From: an uncultured Planctomycetaceae bacterium
Lineage (GTDB): Bacteria; Planctomycetota; Planctomycetia; Isosphaerales; Isosphaeraceae
NCBI GenBank assembly: GCA_963833985.1
Contig: CAWIAD010000002.1
Location: 1,984,001 to 2,048,000, forward strand
DNA: 64,000 bases
Direction: 5' to 3'
The notes under the pieces are model-generated. The model did no database searches. It saw only the letters and a program-made list of their open reading frames with translations, and was not told the origin of the DNA. Positions 10,401 through 18,443 of the stretch are shown one piece after another. The position numbers and the translations under genes are program-made. How positions within the stretch are numbered: the first letter of the stretch is position 1; each line of letters opens with the position of its first letter.

Positions 10401-10888
10401 TTGAAATCGGCAAAGCACTGGTCGTGGTGCTGCGTCTTGCCGGACTTCTTGATCGTGTGCCGCTCCCAGCGCGCGGCGGACTGCCAGTCCTTGCCCGGAT
10501 TGCGCCACCACCACACGCAGTTGCTCTGCCAGTCGCCGCCGAAGACGAGGTCGGGCCAGCCGTCGCCATCAATGTCGGTGGACGCTCCGCCCGCCTCGAC
10601 CGTGAGGAAATCGGGCTCGATGACCAGGCGCTCCCAGCCCTTGGCCGCCGGGCGATACCACACCAGCGCGGGGCCGATCTTGCGAAACCCGAGCACGAAC
10701 CCGTTACGGCCGCCATGGTCCAGGTCGGCGACCAGGCAGGCCGTCTGCTGGGTCGAGGTGCCGGGGCTGGCCAGGTCGCCATTCTTGCTCGAGAGATGCC
10801 GCCAGGACGGTTCGGCGGCGTCGATCGGGGAACCTCGGCCCGCGAGCAGCAGCAGGATGGCAAAGGGCACAAGCCGATGAGCTTTCAT
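7406..10888 (-). CDS. Large secreted FG-GAP/VCBS repeat protein (about three beta-propeller modules, 1160 aa)
   Basis: Start MKAHRLVPF with signal peptide and upstream GGGAGAA; many DxDGDG repeats. Confidence 0.85.
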   Translation of the reverse strand: MKAHRLVPFAILLLLAGRGSPIDAAEPSWRHLSSKNGDLASPGTSTQQTACLVADLDHGGRNGFVLGFRKIGPALVWYRPAAKGWERLVIEPDFLTVEAGGASTDIDGDGWPDLVFGGDWQSNCVWWWRNPGKDWQSAARWERHTIKKSGKTQHHDQCFADFKGRGKPQLAFWNQGASTLFVADIPAHPSDLSEWPLERVFSGNAGEGAGKYAEGMSSCDIDGDGRPEILAGNHMFSFDKTGKWRATRIGDIGGLIFAGRFKQGAKVPQVVIAPGDGSGPVKWYDCQGDPFQTASWQGHDLIGRTLIHPHSLQVGDVDGDGHLDIFVAEMAKWTEERKDPDNPKAQAFLCYGDGAGHFHNTIFQTGMEFHEARVADLNADGRLDILSKPYNWETPRLDIWLNQGPGQHTADAEPFKPSRSWDLLLLDPVPGDGKETGSTAVGDIDGDGREEVVIGAVGGMYWYRPSTFEKGVVGRGHFHCGAALLDLDGDGTLEVIAGHSLRGPGPERWTLCWYKPARDLNQPFVEHTIDPLMDPNGGGPHDVIVADVDGDGKAEVVSNSQYCSTPALFVYKPTGDLTKPWKKQVVQRGLNVEGTTAGALEASGRMDLVSGPYWFSPPASGPLSGAIWQQHSLAPGFRDFCRAALLDVNGDGRLDAVIAESEYRDGHFSWFENQVGINPQHPWVEHPIDHDLIFAHSLRAWRDPRTHEANVFVGEMTEGGWEQPYNYDARLFRYVLGDQGKSVRRELLYQGEGTHEAVVADLDGDGVPEIVGHAGQVINSKYPDCIGWVQVYKQREGASPIPKFRHEFIDQQKPTTATDILWVDVDGDGSPDVVCGAWWYKSPSWQRHQVPGVVQIVNAHDLDGDGRKELIGLVGTPGAREFYEALSSELCWLKAVDPAHDRWQLHRIGKGSGDWPHGTAIGALLPGGRRALVAGYHDRTHPEIFEIPEDPAAGPWKRRVLAEIPYGEEMVPYDLDGDGKLDVVAGPYWLENLGNGKFLPHLLVDGYTKVARMALADINGDGRKDIVLGEEDGNWNTRQIYFARVAWLENTGDPRHKPFVPHVVDRIHCPHSLSVADLDGDGKPEIVAGEHDPFNPYHSRCRLFVYKLADPRGTAWTRFLLDDRFEQHDGARVIELSPARFGILGHGWAESRYVHLWRMN

Positions 10889-10932
10889 GATGTTCTCCCT
10901 TGGTTGGTGCCGGCTCCTGACCGGCAGGTGCG

Positions 10933-12153
10933 TCAGGAAATCAGGGTCGGGTGTTCGGCTTGCCTGGGCGCTGTGGATCCCCGGCCCGAACGGCGCGCTC
11001 TGCCCATCAACAGAGAGAGGCCGCACAGAAGCAATGCGATCCCCGCGGCAATCAGCAAGCTTTTTTGCACGCCCAGGCTGACGGAAAGCGTGCCGATCAT
11101 CTTCGGAAAGAGCGTCGGCCCGAGCAGCCCGAGGGCGAAGATGATGCCGAAGACGCTGCCGTACTCGCCCGGCTCGTACTGTGCGAAGGTCACGCCCACG
11201 ATGGTCGGGAACATGGGCGCCAGGGCAAGGCCCGTGACCAGCACCGCGAGCACGGCGATGGAGGGGCTCCGCGTGCACGCCATGACCACGATGGCAGCCG
11301 CGGTCACAAGAGCAAGGATCGCGATCAGCCGTGTGCCGATCGCCGACAGGTTCCTGATCAAGGAGGTCACAAAACGGCCGGCGGCCATGGCCATCCCGAA
11401 AAAGCTGAGCACCCAGGTTGCGGCCCGCACGCTCTGGGCGTTCTGGCCGCCACCGTACATCTCGACCATGTACGGCTTGATCCAGGTATTCATGGAAATC
11501 TCCAGCGCGATGTAGCAGAGCAGGGCCAGCCCCGCCGCCAGCACCGGCGCTTCCCGCAGCAGGCGGAGAGCCGTGGCCACCTGGTATCCGGTCGCCACGG
11601 CAGGGTAGGTCGCGACCGTCGCCACGCAGGCGAACACCAGGACCAGCCCCGCCATCAGCATCAGCGCGAAGGTGAAGCTGAGCCCAAGGTCCCGGAGCAT
11701 CGCGCCCAGCGCCAGCGGCGTGAGCACGAAGGCCAGGCCGACGAAACCGTTGCCGAAGTTGCTGGCCCGAGCGGGGTCCTTGCCGCCGAAGAGCACCATC
11801 GGAATCAGCGTGTTGCCCACCGTGTTCACGCACATGGCGCCCACGCCCAGCAGGCCGCACGCCAGCAGTGCCATGCCGAAGCTGCCGGCGAGAGCCAGAA
11901 GGAAGAGTGCGGCGCTGGTGGCCAGAAAACCGGCGATCGCCATCGTCTTGTGCCCCAGCCGGTCCACGAGCAGGCCGACGAAGAGCTGCACGGCCAGGCT
12001 GGTGAGGAAAAGCGCCGTGGTCAGGCTGCCCACCTGGGAGTTGTCGATACCGAGCCTGGCCTTGAGCTCCTCGGACAGGGCGCCGATGAGGATGAAGCAG
12101 ATGGCCAGCGTGAAAACCGCCATCAGGGCCACAAAACCCGCGAGCGTTTTCAT
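10933..12153 (-). CDS. MFS transporter (putative sugar permease)
   Basis: About 12 hydrophobic segments; MFS motif A GLLVDRLGHK; PMFPT. Confidence 0.9.
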   Translation of the reverse strand: MKTLAGFVALMAVFTLAICFILIGALSEELKARLGIDNSQVGSLTTALFLTSLAVQLFVGLLVDRLGHKTMAIAGFLATSAALFLLALAGSFGMALLACGLLGVGAMCVNTVGNTLIPMVLFGGKDPARASNFGNGFVGLAFVLTPLALGAMLRDLGLSFTFALMLMAGLVLVFACVATVATYPAVATGYQVATALRLLREAPVLAAGLALLCYIALEISMNTWIKPYMVEMYGGGQNAQSVRAATWVLSFFGMAMAAGRFVTSLIRNLSAIGTRLIAILALVTAAAIVVMACTRSPSIAVLAVLVTGLALAPMFPTIVGVTFAQYEPGEYGSVFGIIFALGLLGPTLFPKMIGTLSVSLGVQKSLLIAAGIALLLCGLSLLMGRARRSGRGSTAPRQAEHPTLIS

Positions 12154-12163
12154 GAGCCACCTC

Positions 12164-13327
12164 TCAAAGCGACACCCAGACCGATCCCATGTCGCACGAT
12201 GCCACCCCCTGGGAGACGAACTCGAGTCCGCGCAGGCCGTCATGGACCGAGGGAAAGTCGTACTCCGAAATCGCCAGGGGACGACCTTCCAGGTGCCTGC
12301 GGACGGCGTCGACGAAACCGCAATAAATCGTGGCGAAGGCCTCGATGTATCCCTCGGGGTGACCCGAGGGCAACCGGGTCGACGCCGTGGCCGCGGGGGC
12401 GAGATACTCAGCGTGGCCGCGCGTCAGCACCTGCCTGGGCTGGCCGTACCGGAAGACGCCCAGGCAGTTCGGGTTCTCCTGCTCCCAGAGCAGGGCGGCC
12501 TGTGAGCCGTAGACCCTGAGCCGCAGGTTGTTCTCCTCGCCCGTGGCGATCTGCGAGACCGTGAGCACCCCCCGGCCCCCTCCCTTGAGCCGGAACAGCA
12601 GGTTCGCGTCTTCCTCGAGCTGCCTGTCCGGAAGGAACGTGGACCGATCGGCGGAGAGCTCCGAGATGCGGTCGCCCGTCACATATTCAAGCAAGTTGAC
12701 GCAGTGCACACCGGCCTCGCCGAGCGTGCCCGCAATGCCCACCTGCGCGGGGTCAACGCGCCACATGGCCTGCTTCTGGCCGTGCTTCTCGTGGGGAAAG
12801 GCCAGGAAGTCTTGCAGGTACTCGACGATCACCTTGCGTATGGCGCCCACCTGCCCGCTGCGGCAAAGCTGGCGCGCGTGGCGCACCAGCGGATGCCCGG
12901 TGTAATTATGTGTGAGCGCCAGGACCAGACCGGATCGCTCCACCAGTTGCACGAGTGCCCTGGCCTCGTCGAGAGCGTAGGCGAGCGGCTTGTCGCAGAC
13001 GACGTGGAAGCCCGCTTCCAGGAACGTCCGGGCGATCGGGAAGTGCGAGACCGTGGGCGTGACGATGGTCGCGAAATCGATCCGGCGGCTGGCCGGCAGC
13101 TGGAACTCGCGCGACGCCATCTGCTCGTACGAATCATAACACCGTTCGGGGTCAAGATAGAGCTGGCGGCCGGTTTCCCTGGTGTTGGCCGGATCGCGCG
13201 AGAAGCATCCGGCGACCAGCTCGATCTGCTGATCGAGAGCGGCCGCCATGCGATGCACTGCGCCGATGAAGGCCCCCTGGCCGCCGCCGACCATGCCCAT
13301 GCGCAGCTTGCGTTTCCAGGAGTTCAT
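12164..13327 (-). CDS. Gfo/Idh/MocA family oxidoreductase
   Basis: LRMGMVGGGQGAFIGAVHR, HVVCDKP, PSGHPEGYIEAF. Confidence 0.95.
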   Translation of the reverse strand: MNSWKRKLRMGMVGGGQGAFIGAVHRMAAALDQQIELVAGCFSRDPANTRETGRQLYLDPERCYDSYEQMASREFQLPASRRIDFATIVTPTVSHFPIARTFLEAGFHVVCDKPLAYALDEARALVQLVERSGLVLALTHNYTGHPLVRHARQLCRSGQVGAIRKVIVEYLQDFLAFPHEKHGQKQAMWRVDPAQVGIAGTLGEAGVHCVNLLEYVTGDRISELSADRSTFLPDRQLEEDANLLFRLKGGGRGVLTVSQIATGEENNLRLRVYGSQAALLWEQENPNCLGVFRYGQPRQVLTRGHAEYLAPAATASTRLPSGHPEGYIEAFATIYCGFVDAVRRHLEGRPLAISEYDFPSVHDGLRGLEFVSQGVASCDMGSVWVSL

Positions 13328-14394
13328 GGTGGACCTCCTTCGTGTGACGAGAGTCCCAGCAGGGCGCGATTGCGCTGCGCGTCGGACCGGCCGCCGGCAA
13401 AGTCATCGAAGGCGACGGAGGTTGCGTCGATGAGATGGCTGACGATGAAGGGCGCACCCTCGCGGGCGCCCTGCTCGGGGCTCTTCACACAGCATTCCCA
13501 CTCCAGGACGGCCCAGCCGCGGTAACCGGCCTCGGTGAGAAGCGTGAACACTTGCCGGAAGTCGACCTGGCCGTCCCCCAGCGATCGGAATCGCCCCGCG
13601 CGCCCAGGCCAGTCCTGGTAGCCGCCGTAGACGCCGATCCTGCCGTCGGGCCGGAACTCGGCATCCTTCACGTGGAAGCCGGCGATCCGACGGCCGTAAC
13701 ACCTGATGAACTGGAGGTAGTCGAGTTGCTGGAGCACGAAATGGCTGGCGTCGTAGTTCAGGCAGGCCGCCGGGTGGTCGTCCACCTGGCTCAGAAACAT
13801 CTCGAACGTGGCACCGTCGAACAGGTCCGACCCGGGGTGGAGCTCGAACGCGAAGCTCAGCCCCGCATCGGCGGCCGCGTCGAGCAAGGGACGCCACCGG
13901 CGCGCCAGCTCGGCGAAGGCCTCATCGATGATTCCCGGTGGACGCTGCGGCCAGGGGTAGGCCATGTGCCACGCGAATCCGCCGGAGAGCACGGGAATCG
14001 TCCTCGTTCCCAGCCGGGACGATGCCGCGATCACGTCGCGGAGCTGCGCCGATGCCCAGTCGGAGATCGCCCGGCCGGAGAGACCCTGCGGGTAAAAGGC
14101 GTCGAACATCCGCTCGTATGCCGGATGAAGTGCCAGCACCTGCCCCTGCAAGGCCGCGCACAACTCGGTCACGCTGAGACCGTGTTCGGCCAGGCGCGAC
14201 CGCAGGTCATCGCAGTACGCTTGCGACCGTGCCGCCTGGGCAAGATTGAACACGCGCGGGTCCCAGGCCGGGATCTGAAGCCCCCTGTAGCCCAGCCGCG
14301 CCGCCCAGGGGGCCAGGGTGGCCATGTCGTTGTAGGGAGGTTCCTCGCGCAGGAACTGCGCCAGGAACAGGCCTGGACCAAGCATCCCGTTCAT
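13324..14394 (-). CDS. Sugar phosphate isomerase/epimerase (xylose-isomerase-like TIM barrel)
   Basis: FELHPG, NYDASH, FHVKDAEF, VLEWECC metal-ligand pattern. Confidence 0.9.
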   Translation of the reverse strand: MNGMLGPGLFLAQFLREEPPYNDMATLAPWAARLGYRGLQIPAWDPRVFNLAQAARSQAYCDDLRSRLAEHGLSVTELCAALQGQVLALHPAYERMFDAFYPQGLSGRAISDWASAQLRDVIAASSRLGTRTIPVLSGGFAWHMAYPWPQRPPGIIDEAFAELARRWRPLLDAAADAGLSFAFELHPGSDLFDGATFEMFLSQVDDHPAACLNYDASHFVLQQLDYLQFIRCYGRRIAGFHVKDAEFRPDGRIGVYGGYQDWPGRAGRFRSLGDGQVDFRQVFTLLTEAGYRGWAVLEWECCVKSPEQGAREGAPFIVSHLIDATSVAFDDFAGGRSDAQRNRALLGLSSHEGGPP

Positions 14395-14432
14395 GACGAA
14401 CCTCCCCACCGATGGCAAAGCCTTCCCTTCCC

Positions 14433-15443
14433 TCAGGAGGGCGGAGCCGCCGTCGAGCCGCGCACGATCAGAGAGCCGGGCAGAACCACTTGCCTGGGCT
14501 TGCCGGAGAACCCGCCGATGCGCTCGATGAGGAAGTCCAGAGCGCAATCGATGATCTGGCGGTGAGGAAACCTCACCGTGGTCAGGGGCGGGTCGAGATA
14601 CTCGGCCGCCCATGTGTCGTCAAAGCCGACGATGGAGACGTCCCGCGGCACCGACAGACCCATGTCGCGCAGGCCTCGAAATGCGCCGAACGCCATGACG
14701 TCATTGTGGCAGAAGAGGCCGGTCGGGGGCCGGGAACGGTCCATCAGCAGGTGCACGGCCTGGCGAGCTTCCTCCGCGCTCTCATCGGGACATTCGATGA
14801 TCATGGGCGCGGGCAGGCGGGCCCTCAAGAGCACGTCGGTCAGGGCCCGCGTCCGGGCGCTGCGGAGTGAGGTCCGGCGGCTGAGATGGCCAATCCTGCG
14901 GTGTCCCAGCTCGATCAGGTGCCTGACCGCAAGGACCGCGCCGCCGTAGTCGTCGAGGATCGCGCTATCCGCCTTGCCCGCCGGCGCCGCCGAGCCGAAG
15001 TAGACCAGGTGCACTCCGCTCAGGGAGGAGAGCCCCTGCTTGCCATAGCTCTCGTTCCACCAGTGCAGGATGCCGGCCACTTTCCAGCTGAGCAGCGTTT
15101 CCACGGCCTGAACCCGATCGCTGCGCCGCGAGTTCAGCTCGGTGACCTCGAACAGCGCCCGGTACTTGTGTTCCGTCACGCGGCGGTTGAGATAGGCGGC
15201 CAGGCTGGCGAAGAACGGGTTCTCGACGTACTCGATGACCGCGCCGATGAGCTCGCTCTGCGAAACCAGGCTGCGCGCCAGCCGGTTGGGCCGGTAGCCC
15301 AGTGACCGCGCGGCGTCCCAGACGCGCTGGCGCGTGGCCTCGGGAAAGCTGGCGTCGCGGCCGTTCAGCACCATCGACGCCGTTGTGGGCGAGACAGCGG
15401 CGCGGGCGGCCACATCACGGACGGAAGCACGTCGGTTCAGCAA
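14433..15443 (-). CDS. LacI family transcriptional regulator
   Basis: HTH SVRDVAARAAVSPTTASMVLN, YRPNRLARSL, VSIVGFDD, PPLTTV; start inferred (TTG overlapping upstream stop). Confidence 0.93.
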   Translation of the reverse strand: MLNRRASVRDVAARAAVSPTTASMVLNGRDASFPEATRQRVWDAARSLGYRPNRLARSLVSQSELIGAVIEYVENPFFASLAAYLNRRVTEHKYRALFEVTELNSRRSDRVQAVETLLSWKVAGILHWWNESYGKQGLSSLSGVHLVYFGSAAPAGKADSAILDDYGGAVLAVRHLIELGHRRIGHLSRRTSLRSARTRALTDVLLRARLPAPMIIECPDESAEEARQAVHLLMDRSRPPTGLFCHNDVMAFGAFRGLRDMGLSVPRDVSIVGFDDTWAAEYLDPPLTTVRFPHRQIIDCALDFLIERIGGFSGKPRQVVLPGSLIVRGSTAAPPS

Positions 15444-16378
15444 GTTTGCAGAAGCTCCTCGGCCCGGCGCACGATCGCCTGGCAATCCAGACCGTAGTGA
15501 GACAGCAAGCGGCGGAAATCTCGGCCCGAGCTGGCGAAGCGATCGTCCAGGCCCACTCGCAGTACGCGAGTCGGATGCCGCTCCGCCACGACCTCGCAGA
15601 CCGCGGATCCGAGGCCGCCGTGGATGTTGTGGTCCTCGATCGTGACGATCCCCGCGGTTTCACGAGCCGCGCTGAGGATCGCTGCGACATCGATCGGCTT
15701 GATCGTGTGGCAGTCGAGCACGCGCGCGCTCAGGCCCCGGGACGCGAGGATCTCGGCAGCCCGCATGGCCTGCTCGACCATGTGGCCGGTGGCGATAAGG
15801 GTTAACCCGTCGCCGTCGCGCAGGCGAATCATGCGGCCGATCTCGAACGGGATATCGGGCCGATGCAGGACCACGGCATCCTGCCGGCCGAGACGCATGT
15901 ACACAGGCCCCTCGTAGCGGGCGATGGCCTCGGTGGCCAGGCGGGTGGTCACAGGGTCGGACGGCGAGAGCACGACCAGGTTCGGAATCGCGCGCATCAC
16001 CGCCAGGTCCTCGCAGGCCTGGTGCGTGGGGCCGTCGCCGCAGATTTCCACGCCCGCATTGCAGGCCACGATCTTCACGTTCAACCGCGGGTAGGCCACG
16101 CTCGAGCGAACCTGCTCGGCGGCCCGGACGCCGGCGAAGATGCAGAACGTGCTTGCAAACGGTATCTTTCCCGTGGTGGCCAGCCCGGCCGAGAAACTGA
16201 CCATGTTCTGCTCGGCCGATCCCATGTTGAAGAACCGTTCGGGGAACTGCCGGGCGAAGTGGAAGGTGTTGGTTGACTTGGAGATGTCGGCGTCGAGCAC
16301 CACGATGCGGCGGTCCCGGGCGCCGAGCTCGGCAATCGTTTTGCCATAGACCACTCGATTGGGCTGAGCTTCAAGCAT
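15437..16378 (-). CDS. Transketolase, C-terminal subunit
   Basis: FPERFFNMGSAEQNM, GDGPTHQACED, EDHNIHGGLGSAV. Confidence 0.95.
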   Translation of the reverse strand: MLEAQPNRVVYGKTIAELGARDRRIVVLDADISKSTNTFHFARQFPERFFNMGSAEQNMVSFSAGLATTGKIPFASTFCIFAGVRAAEQVRSSVAYPRLNVKIVACNAGVEICGDGPTHQACEDLAVMRAIPNLVVLSPSDPVTTRLATEAIARYEGPVYMRLGRQDAVVLHRPDIPFEIGRMIRLRDGDGLTLIATGHMVEQAMRAAEILASRGLSARVLDCHTIKPIDVAAILSAARETAGIVTIEDHNIHGGLGSAVCEVVAERHPTRVLRVGLDDRFASSGRDFRRLLSHYGLDCQAIVRRAEELLQTC

Positions 16379-16547
16379 GGGCGCTGGTTCCAGCTCGTAA
16401 AAGCACGGGGTGGCGTATCAAAAACAGAGAAACAAACCACGGAGAGAAATTCATGGATTCAAGAGAATCGTTCCATGGCGAAAACGTAGAGTCAAAGGCG
16501 CCTGGGTCCCTCGAATAGCCGTCGAAGCTCAGGATTGAAAACGAACG

Positions 16548-16579
16548 AACCACAGAGAGCACAGAGAGCACGGAGAAAA
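16548..16579 (+). repeat. Left arm of 9-bp-unit inverted repeat flanking the GxxExxY gene
   Basis: AACCACAGAGAGCACAGAGAGCACGGAGAAAA; complementary to 17025-17057 and to the arms in the array. Confidence 0.9.
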
Positions 16580-16617
16580 GACTCTTGAAATTCAGAATAG
16601 TTATATGTGCTAAATTT

Positions 16618-17001
16618 CTAGAGTCGAAGCCGCTTGATTCCCTGGGATAGCTGTCGAACGTGGAAATTGATCAGGAGACCGACCGGGCAGCCGGAAAGCT
16701 TGAGGTAAGAGAGCACCTGTGCTTCATGGATGGGCGTCAGCTCCTGTACGGCTTTCAACTCAACAATCACCGTTTGCTCGACGAGCAGGTCCACCCGGTA
16801 GCCGCAGTCGATCACGAGCCCCTTATACGTCAAGGGCAGCATCTTCTCGCTATCCACCCACAGCCCCTGATTCTTCAGTTCGTGAACCAGGCACGCATGA
16901 TAGGCGGATTCGAGCAATCCTGGCCTGAGCGTCCGGTGCACCTCGATTGCCCCCCCGATAATTCTCCCCGTGAGTTCATTGATCGCCTCTTCCGTGACCA
17001 A
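16618..17001 (-). CDS. GxxExxY protein (PD-(D/E)XK nuclease-like)
   Basis: 127 aa; GLLESAY motif, RVDLLVE...VELK, GLLINF; AAGGAGG upstream of TTG; lower GC than neighbours. Confidence 0.95.
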   Translation of the reverse strand: MVTEEAINELTGRIIGGAIEVHRTLRPGLLESAYHACLVHELKNQGLWVDSEKMLPLTYKGLVIDCGYRVDLLVEQTVIVELKAVQELTPIHEAQVLSYLKLSGCPVGLLINFHVRQLSQGIKRLRL

Positions 17002-17660
17002 CTCATACCCCTCCTTCGATTCGATTTCTCTCTGTGCTCTCTGTGATCTCTGTGGTTAGAACGCTTTGATTTCCTGCTGTGGTCCCCCGAGTATTTCCCG
17101 CAGCGCCGCATCGGTTTGCTCGGGCGAGGTCGGCCAAACTTCCCCGTAATTTCATTGATCGCCTCTTCCGCAACCAACTCTCTCTCTCCAGTTCGATTTC
17201 TCTCTGTGCTCTCTGTGCTCTCTGTGGTTAGACCGTTTTGATTCCCTGCTGTGGTCCCCCGAGTATTTCCCGCAGCGCCGCATCGGTTTGCTCGGGCGAG
17301 GTCGGCCAAACTTCCCCGTAATTTCATTGATCGCCTCTTCCGCAACCAACTCTCTCTCTCCAGTTCGATTTCTCTCTGTGCTCTCTGTGCTCTCTGTGGT
17401 TAGACCGTTTTGATTCCCTGCTGTGGTCCCCCGAGTATTTCCCGCAGCGCCGCATCGGTTTGCTCGGGCGAGGTCGGCCAAACTTCCCCGTAATTTCATT
17501 GATCGCCTCTTCCGCAACCAGCTCTCTCTCTCCAGTTCGATTTCTCTCTGTGCTCTCTGTGCTCTCTGTGCTCTCTGTGGTTAGACCGTTTTGATTCCCT
17601 GCTGTGGTCCCCCGAGTATTTCCCGCAGAGCCGCATCGGTTTGCTGGGGCGAGGTCGGCC
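16960..17660. repeat. Tandem array of four 172-181 bp units (transketolase 3' end + 9-mer array + GxxExxY 5' end)
   Basis: Units at about 16960-17135, 17136-17307, 17308-17479 and 17480-17660; the stop-codon TTAG recurs at 17056, 17228, 17400, 17581. Confidence 0.95.
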
Positions 17661-18432
17661 CGGCGTGCCACTCCGCCTTGTCTTCCATGAACGAGACGCC
17701 CTTGCCTTTGATCGTGTCGGCCACGATCACGCTGGGCCGTCCGTTCCGTGTCATGGACTGCTCGACGGCGGCGTCGATGGCTGCGAAGCTGTGCCCGTCA
17801 ATCTCGTGGGTGTTCCAGCCGAACGCCGCGAACCTGGCCGCGATCGGTTCGACATTCATGATGTCGCTGGTGCGGCCGTCGGTTTCGAGCTTGTTGTTAT
17901 CAACGAACACCACGAGGTTGTCGAGGCGGTAGTGTGCCGCGGCCATGGCGGCCTCCCAGACCTGTCCCTCCTGAAGCTCGCCGTCACCGACCATACAGTA
18001 AACCGTGAAGTCCTTGCCGTCGAGTTTGCCGCCGGCCGCGATTCCGGCGGCGGCCGAGATGCCCTGGCCCAGCGAACCGGTCGACATATCGACTCCCGGC
18101 GTCTTGTTCATGTCGGGATGTCCTTGCAGCCGGCTGCCGATCTCGCGCAGGGTCCAGAGCGTCTCCTCCGGAAAGTATCCCCGGGCCGAGAGGGTCACGT
18201 AGAGCGCCGGGCAGCAGTGGCCCTTGGAGAGCACGAACCGGTCGCGGTCTTCCCAGCGCGGCCGCTCCGGATCGATGCGCATCTTTTGAAAGTAGAGGTA
18301 AGTGATGATGTCGATCGCCGACATCGAACCGCCGTTGTGGCCCGACCCGGCCAGAGCGATCATCTTCACGATGCGGGCGCGGGACGCGCGGGCAAGCTCT
18401 TCGAGCCGCTGGACCGGAAACTCGTGGGACAC
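17581..18432 (-). CDS. Transketolase, N-terminal (TPP-binding) subunit
   Basis: DRDRFVLSKGH, LQGHP, STGSLGQG, TPP motif GDGELQEG...NN, KGKG. Confidence 0.95.
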   Translation of the reverse strand: MSHEFPVQRLEELARASRARIVKMIALAGSGHNGGSMSAIDIITYLYFQKMRIDPERPRWEDRDRFVLSKGHCCPALYVTLSARGYFPEETLWTLREIGSRLQGHPDMNKTPGVDMSTGSLGQGISAAAGIAAGGKLDGKDFTVYCMVGDGELQEGQVWEAAMAAAHYRLDNLVVFVDNNKLETDGRTSDIMNVEPIAARFAAFGWNTHEIDGHSFAAIDAAVEQSMTRNGRPSVIVADTIKGKGVSFMEDKAEWHAGPTSPQQTDAALREILGGPQQGIKTV

Positions 18433-18443
18433 GGTGAGGGCCT

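Noticed and set aside
10889..12160. 1584-aa ORF as one protein
   Set aside because: Its first ~424 codons are an off-frame read of the MFS gene; the real start is 10888.
16960..17660. CRISPR array
   Set aside because: Units are 172-bp near-identical copies with no unique spacers, and there are no cas genes.
16548..17660. Diversity-generating retroelement, retron or group II intron
   Set aside because: No reverse transcriptase in the window, and differences between copies are not adenine-specific.
16875..17671. Repetitive ORFs (TTESTESTER / HREHREHRE)
   Set aside because: These are translations of the 9-bp unit and the tandem array, with no independent coding evidence.
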